From Variovorax sp. OK212 (GTDB lineage Bacteria; Pseudomonadota; Gammaproteobacteria; Burkholderiales; Burkholderiaceae_C): a stretch of 24,000 nt of DNA. Positions 20,249-24,000 of this stretch are shown in pieces. Numbering within the stretch: position 1 is the stretch's first letter; every line of letters starts with the position of its first letter. The notes beneath the pieces were generated by a model, which searched no databases, was not told the DNA's origin, and was given only the letters and a program-made list of their open reading frames with translations. The position numbers and the translations under genes are program-made. Location: NCBI RefSeq assembly GCF_900112425.1, contig NZ_FOLP01000001.1, positions 696,082 to 720,081 on the forward strand, read 5' to 3'.

Positions 20249-21243
20249 GCTGCCACCGCCTTCATGCCAGCCGAGCCGCTGCGCGTGCGGCGCTTGCGCA
20301 GGTCGGCGAAACGGACGATGGCTTCCACCAGGTCGTCGTTGGTCGAGAGTTCGAGGGCATCGACGCCGGCCTTGGCCAGCGCCGCGCGCAGTGCGGTCTC
20401 GCGCTCGGACGCCAGGCGCGCGAAGCGCTTGCGAAAGCCGGCGTCGTGCGTGTCGACCCAGAGCTGCTCGCCGGTCTCGGCATCGCACAGCGGCACCAGG
20501 CCCAGGTCGGGCAGCTCGAGCTCGAGCGGATCGAACAGGCGCACGGCAATCACCTCATGGCGTTGCACCAGTTGCCCGAGCGGGCGTTCCCAGCCGGGCT
20601 CGCTCAGGAAGTCGGACACCACGAACACGGTGGAGCGCCGGGGCATCAGCGCGGCGGCCGACTTCAGCAGGTCGTCCAGCCGCGTCATGCCTTTTTGCAC
20701 GGGCGCCACTTCGGCCTGGTCGGCGCGCTTTTCCATTGCGTGCAGCAGGTGCAGCACATGGCGGCGCCCGGTGCGCGGCGGAATCACGGCCTCCAGGTCG
20801 TTGCCGTAGACCAGCGCGCCCACCCGGTTGCCGTGCCGCGTGAGCAGCCGCGCCAGCACGCCGACGAAGCCGGCGGAAATCTCGCGCTTGGCCTTCAGGC
20901 CCGAGCCGAAGTCCACCGAGCGGCTCAGGTCGAGCACGAACCAGGCGGCCATCTCGCGGTCTTCGGTGAACACGCGCACATGCGGCGTCTGCAGCCGCGC
21001 GGTGACGTTCCAGTCAATGTGGCGCACGTCGTCGTGGTGCTGGTATTCGCGCAGGTCGGCCAGGTCGAGCCCGGCACCGCGCATCAGCGTGCGGTAGTCG
21101 CCCTGCAGCAGCCCGTCGAGGCGGCGGATCACGGTCCACTCGAGCCGGCGCAGCGCGCGCTCGGTCCCGCCGGCCACGGCCGCTTCGGCGGCCAGCCGTT
21201 CGTCGTTGGCGGCCGCGGGGGCCTTACGCCACCAGCTTTTCAT
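20245..21243 (-). CDS. DUF58 family protein (MoxR-associated, VWA-like)
   Basis: 332 aa. Contains the conserved DUF58 segment GDYRTLMRGAGLDLADLREYQHHDDVRHIDWNVTAR. No obvious TM helix. Canonical position between MoxR and the VWA protein. Confidence 0.82.
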   Translation of the reverse strand: MKSWWRKAPAAANDERLAAEAAVAGGTERALRRLEWTVIRRLDGLLQGDYRTLMRGAGLDLADLREYQHHDDVRHIDWNVTARLQTPHVRVFTEDREMAAWFVLDLSRSVDFGSGLKAKREISAGFVGVLARLLTRHGNRVGALVYGNDLEAVIPPRTGRRHVLHLLHAMEKRADQAEVAPVQKGMTRLDDLLKSAAALMPRRSTVFVVSDFLSEPGWERPLGQLVQRHEVIAVRLFDPLELELPDLGLVPLCDAETGEQLWVDTHDAGFRKRFARLASERETALRAALAKAGVDALELSTNDDLVEAIVRFADLRKRRTRSGSAGMKAVAA

Positions 21244-21244
21244 G
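21228..21244. repeat. Direct repeat copy 1 (GCCACCAGCTTTTCATG), includes the DUF58 start codon
   Basis: 17/17 identical to 21361-21377. Read on the minus strand it is CATGAAAAGCTGGTGGC. Confidence 0.9.
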
Positions 21245-21360
21245 CGATTTCAAGGGGCACACCGCGGAACCGGCTTTGCCGGGCCGCGGGTGTTGCCCCC
21301 TGCAAGGGGGGTGGCGAAGCGACACGGCGTGCGCGAAGACTGGGGGTGTGCTCATTTCAG
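21245..21360. repeat. 116-bp GC-rich structured insert between moxR and the DUF58 gene, carrying a REP-like hairpin
   Basis: Bounded by a 17-bp perfect direct repeat. Contains the hairpin CCCCCT-GCA-AGGGGG (21296-21310) followed by GTGGCGA, which resembles the CCCCTTGC..GGGG..GGTGGGGA core of the 2149-2179 module. A second imperfect long hairpin, ACCGCGGAACCGGC-TTT-GCCGGGCCGCGGGT, lies at about 21261-21291. Confidence 0.6.
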
Positions 21361-22370
21361 GCCACCAGCTTTTCATGTTCGAGCGGCTTGGGGGGAGCGG
21401 GCACTGCACGCATGATCTTCTCGACCAGCCCGTCGGGTGTCAGGCCCTCGGACAAGCCTTCATAGGAAAGCGTCACGCGATGGCGCAGCACATCGGCCAC
21501 CAGCGCGGTCATGTCTTCGGGCAGCGCATAGCTGCGCCCGCGCAGCAGGGCCAGGGCGCGCGCGCCTTCGGTCAGGCTGATGCTGGCGCGCGGGCTGGCG
21601 CCGAAGGTGATGAAGCGGCGCAGGTCCTTCAGGCCGTGCTTCTCGGGCGTGCGCGTGGCCGACACCAGCTTCACCGCGTACTGGATCAGCGAAGGGTCCA
21701 CATACACGCGGCGCGCCTCGGCCTGCAACGCGGCCAGCTGCTCGGTCGTGGCCACGGCCGTGGCCTCGACCGGCGGGCCGATCACGCGCTGCACGATCAC
21801 GAACTCTTCCTCGTCGCTCGGGTAGTCGACCAGCACCTTCATCATGAAGCGGTCGACCTGCGCCTCGGGCAGCGGGTAGGTGCCTTCGGTCTCGATGGGG
21901 TTCTGCGTGGCCATCACCAGGAAGGGGCGCGGCACCTTGTGCGTTTCGCCGGCAATGGTGACCTGGCGTTCCTGCATCACCTCGAGCAGCGCGCTCTGCA
22001 CCTTGGCCGGCGCGCGGTTGATTTCGTCGGCCAGCAGCAGGTTGGCGAACACCGGGCCCAGCGAGGTGCTGAACTCGCCCGTCTTCTGGTTGTAGATGCG
22101 CGTGCCCACCAGGTCGGCCGGCACCAGGTCGGGCGTGAACTGGATGCGCTTGAAGTGGCCGCGCACCGTGTCGGCCAGCGTCTTGATGGTGAGCGTCTTC
22201 GCAAGGCCCGGCACGCCCTCGACCAGCAGGTGCCCGCCCGCGAGCATGGCGACCATCACGCGCTCCAGGAAGCGGTCCTGGCCGACGACCACGCGCTTCA
22301 CCTCGTAGAGGATCTGCTCCATCAGTTCGGCGGTGCCCGCGGGCGTGGGGTTGGCGGTCTCTGTGCTCAT
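21357..22370 (-). CDS. MoxR-family AAA+ ATPase
   Basis: 337 aa. Walker A GVPGLAKT, Walker B LLADEINRAP, followed by ATQNPIE and the length typical of MoxR proteins. Confidence 0.9.
   Translation of the reverse strand: MSTETANPTPAGTAELMEQILYEVKRVVVGQDRFLERVMVAMLAGGHLLVEGVPGLAKTLTIKTLADTVRGHFKRIQFTPDLVPADLVGTRIYNQKTGEFSTSLGPVFANLLLADEINRAPAKVQSALLEVMQERQVTIAGETHKVPRPFLVMATQNPIETEGTYPLPEAQVDRFMMKVLVDYPSDEEEFVIVQRVIGPPVEATAVATTEQLAALQAEARRVYVDPSLIQYAVKLVSATRTPEKHGLKDLRRFITFGASPRASISLTEGARALALLRGRSYALPEDMTALVADVLRHRVTLSYEGLSEGLTPDGLVEKIMRAVPAPPKPLEHEKLVA
21361..21377. repeat. Direct repeat copy 2 (GCCACCAGCTTTTCATG), encodes the MoxR C-terminus HEKLVA
   Basis: 17/17 identical to 21228-21244, offset 133 bp. 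Confidence 0.9.
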
Positions 22371-22404
22371 GCGAAGTGCTTTCGTAGAGGGAAAGAAAGA
22401 AGGC

Positions 22405-23448
22405 TCAGAACGGCGGCGAACCCGCGGCGGAGGCGGCGTTCTCGATGGGCACCGCGAAGCCGATGCCGATGAAGGTGCGCTGCTGCGTCGGGTTCAGGAT
22501 GGCGGTGACGATGCCCAGCACCTCGCCGTCCATGTTGATGAGCGGGCCGCCCGAGTTGCCGGGGTTGGCGGCCGCGTCGAACTGGATCAGGTTGCCGAGT
22601 TCCTGCTTGCCCTCGGGCGAGCGGAACGAACGCTTCAGGCCCGACACCACGCCGGCCGACACCGAAGGCCCGATGCCGAACGGAAAGCCCACCGCGGCCA
22701 CCTGGTCGCCGGGGCGCAGGTCGGCGGTGGAACGCATGGTGGCGGGAATCAGGTCGTCGGGAATCTTCTGTGCCTGCAGCACCGCGAGGTCGTTCTCGGG
22801 TTGCACGCCGGTGATGGTGGCCACGGCTTCCAGCCCGTCGTAGAAGGTGACCTTGATCTTGTCGGAGCCCGCGACCACGTGCAGGTTGGTCAGGATCACG
22901 CCCTTGTCGACGATCACCACGCCCGTGCCCACGCCGCGCTCGACTTCGTCGCTCGGCCCGCCGTCGTTGGGCGCTTCGGGCGGCTTGCCCTTGGCCACGT
23001 TGCGCCCGCGCTTCTGCGTCCTGGCCTCGGGCGTGTGCTTCTCTTCGCCGTAGCTCACCACCCGCACCACCGAAGGCCGGATGATGTCGGCCGCCTTGGC
23101 CGCGGGCGAGGGGAGGGTGTTGGTCTGCAGCGTGCGCAGCACGGCCGCGTCGATGTCTTTCTGGGTGAGGGCCTTGGCGCCCGGGCGAGGCGCCCACAGC
23201 GCGGCGCCGGTGACCAGCGCGGCCGACAGGACGAAGAGCAGCGCGAAGCTCTTGCGCCCGGGTTGCCAGCCGGTCTTCGAAACGGAGGGGATGGGAGAAA
23301 TGCGAGAAATGGGCGGTTGGCGGGACGCCGCGGCAACCGCCGTTGCGCCCGCTTCGGACGATGCGAGCCCGCCCGCCTGATCGGCCGCCTGGTCTGCGGC
23401 CGGTGGCGGCGTGCGGGGCGAACGGCTGTAGAAAGCTGGCCTGCGCAT
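22405..23448 (-). CDS. Membrane-anchored trypsin-like (S1C/HtrA-type) serine protease lacking PDZ domains
   Basis: 347 aa. Catalytic triad contexts TNLHVV (His), ENDLAVL (Asp), GNSGGPL (Ser). About 66 aa of N-terminal Pro/Ala-rich region, then the basic patch GRK and one TM helix (FALLFVLSAALVTGAALW). The protein ends right after the protease fold. SD GGAGGTG lies 6 nt upstream of the ATG at 23448. Confidence 0.85.
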   Translation of the reverse strand: MRRPAFYSRSPRTPPPAADQAADQAGGLASSEAGATAVAAASRQPPISRISPIPSVSKTGWQPGRKSFALLFVLSAALVTGAALWAPRPGAKALTQKDIDAAVLRTLQTNTLPSPAAKAADIIRPSVVRVVSYGEEKHTPEARTQKRGRNVAKGKPPEAPNDGGPSDEVERGVGTGVVIVDKGVILTNLHVVAGSDKIKVTFYDGLEAVATITGVQPENDLAVLQAQKIPDDLIPATMRSTADLRPGDQVAAVGFPFGIGPSVSAGVVSGLKRSFRSPEGKQELGNLIQFDAAANPGNSGGPLINMDGEVLGIVTAILNPTQQRTFIGIGFAVPIENAASAAGSPPF

Positions 23449-23536
23449 CGGGGCACCTCCGGCAAAAATATCGCGTGAAGGAGTTCACAGTAGCACGCTT
23501 TCCGCGGCTGTGCATCCCTTCGGGCATCATCGTGCG

Positions 23537-24000
23537 ATGGCTACCTTCGTCGATACCCACTGCCATCTGGACGCGCCCGAATTCGGTGCGGAGATGCCCG
23601 AGATCCGCGCGCGCGCCGCCGAACAGGGGGTGGCGATGTGCGTCATTCCCGCGGTGGCGGTCTTCAATTTCGCCACCGTGCGCGAGCTGGCGCATGCGCA
23701 AGGCGACAGCTACGCGCTGGGCATCCACCCGCTGTGCACCGGCGATGCGAAGGACGAAGACCTCGACACGCTCGACGCCGAACTGAGCGCACGGCGCGAC
23801 GACCCGCGGCTGGTGGCGGTCGGCGAGATCGGGCTCGACTATTTCGTCGAAGGCCTCGACGGCCCGAAACAGGAGCGTTTTTTTCACACTCAGTTGCAAC
23901 TGGCACGCAAGCACGGGTTACCCGTGCTGATCCATGTGCGGCGTTCGGTCGACAAGGTGCTCAAGCATTTGCGCCAGACGGCGGGCGGGCGCCCGTGGCT
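23537..24000 (+). CDS. tatD: TatD-family metal-dependent hydrolase (5' part; runs off the window end)
   Basis: Not in the ORF track because there is no stop in the window. My own translation from the ATG at 23537 gives MATFVDTHCHLDAPEFGAEM...LVAVGEIGLDYF...LPVLIHVRRS, containing the TatD motifs DTHCHL, GEIGLD and IHxR. Confidence 0.85.
   Translation, partial: MATFVDTHCHLDAPEFGAEMPEIRARAAEQGVAMCVIPAVAVFNFATVRELAHAQGDSYALGIHPLCTGDAKDEDLDTLDAELSARRDDPRLVAVGEIGLDYFVEGLDGPKQERFFHTQLQLARKHGLPVLIHVRRSVDKVLKHLRQTAGGRPW

Noticed and set aside
19211-23448. Interpreting protease-MoxR-DUF58-VWA as an anti-phage / conflict system
   Set aside because: I recognise no effector, sensor-repeat or diversifying domains, and the MoxR-DUF58-BatA core is the housekeeping Bat-like type. 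I kept it only as an alternative hypothesis inside the finding.
22333-23914. ORFs 22333..23478 (+) and 22367..23914 (-) overlapping the protease gene and the tatD promoter region
   Set aside because: Same GC-driven artefact. The 22405..23448 frame carries a complete His/Asp/Ser protease triad, whereas the alternatives have no motifs, and 22367..23914 runs antisense through the clearly recognisable tatD 5' end.

Overview
Very GC-rich proteobacterial chromosomal segment; the gene content looks Burkholderiales-like, but that is inference only. I support 23 protein-coding genes and found no rRNA, tRNA, CRISPR array or transposase. Positions 64-16148 form one uninterrupted minus-strand array of 14 genes: paaG-paaI-paaK, a penicillin-G-acylase homologue, paaABCDE, a LivK/H/M-G/F-type ABC importer, then paaZ. 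Many of these genes share ATGA start/stop overlaps. paaY and a TetR-type paaR are transcribed divergently from a 169-bp control region that holds a 22-bp palindrome, a candidate PaaR operator. Downstream lie an SDR/TetR divergent pair with two near-identical 22-bp palindromic operators, then a minus-strand operon of a membrane-anchored PDZ-less S1 protease, MoxR AAA+, DUF58 and a BatA-like VWA protein, and finally a partial tatD. Five things deserve a second look. (1) An acylase with a lipoprotein signal and an ABC importer are built into the phenylacetate operon, which suggests a deacylate-import-activate-degrade system for phenylacetyl conjugates. (2) A 133-bp insertion or duplication at the moxR/DUF58 junction is flanked by a 17-bp perfect direct repeat, and removing it in silico restores an overlapping gene pair with unchanged protein ends. 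(3) A related REP-like composite palindrome sits between the transporter and paaZ. (4) The protease-MoxR-DUF58-VWA module has a predicted transmembrane architecture. (5) The palindromic operators sit within or beside candidate promoters (all candidate elements at the paa region; one of the two SDR/TetR sites). All family calls rest on motifs read from the translations and on remembered reference sequences. No database search was possible.
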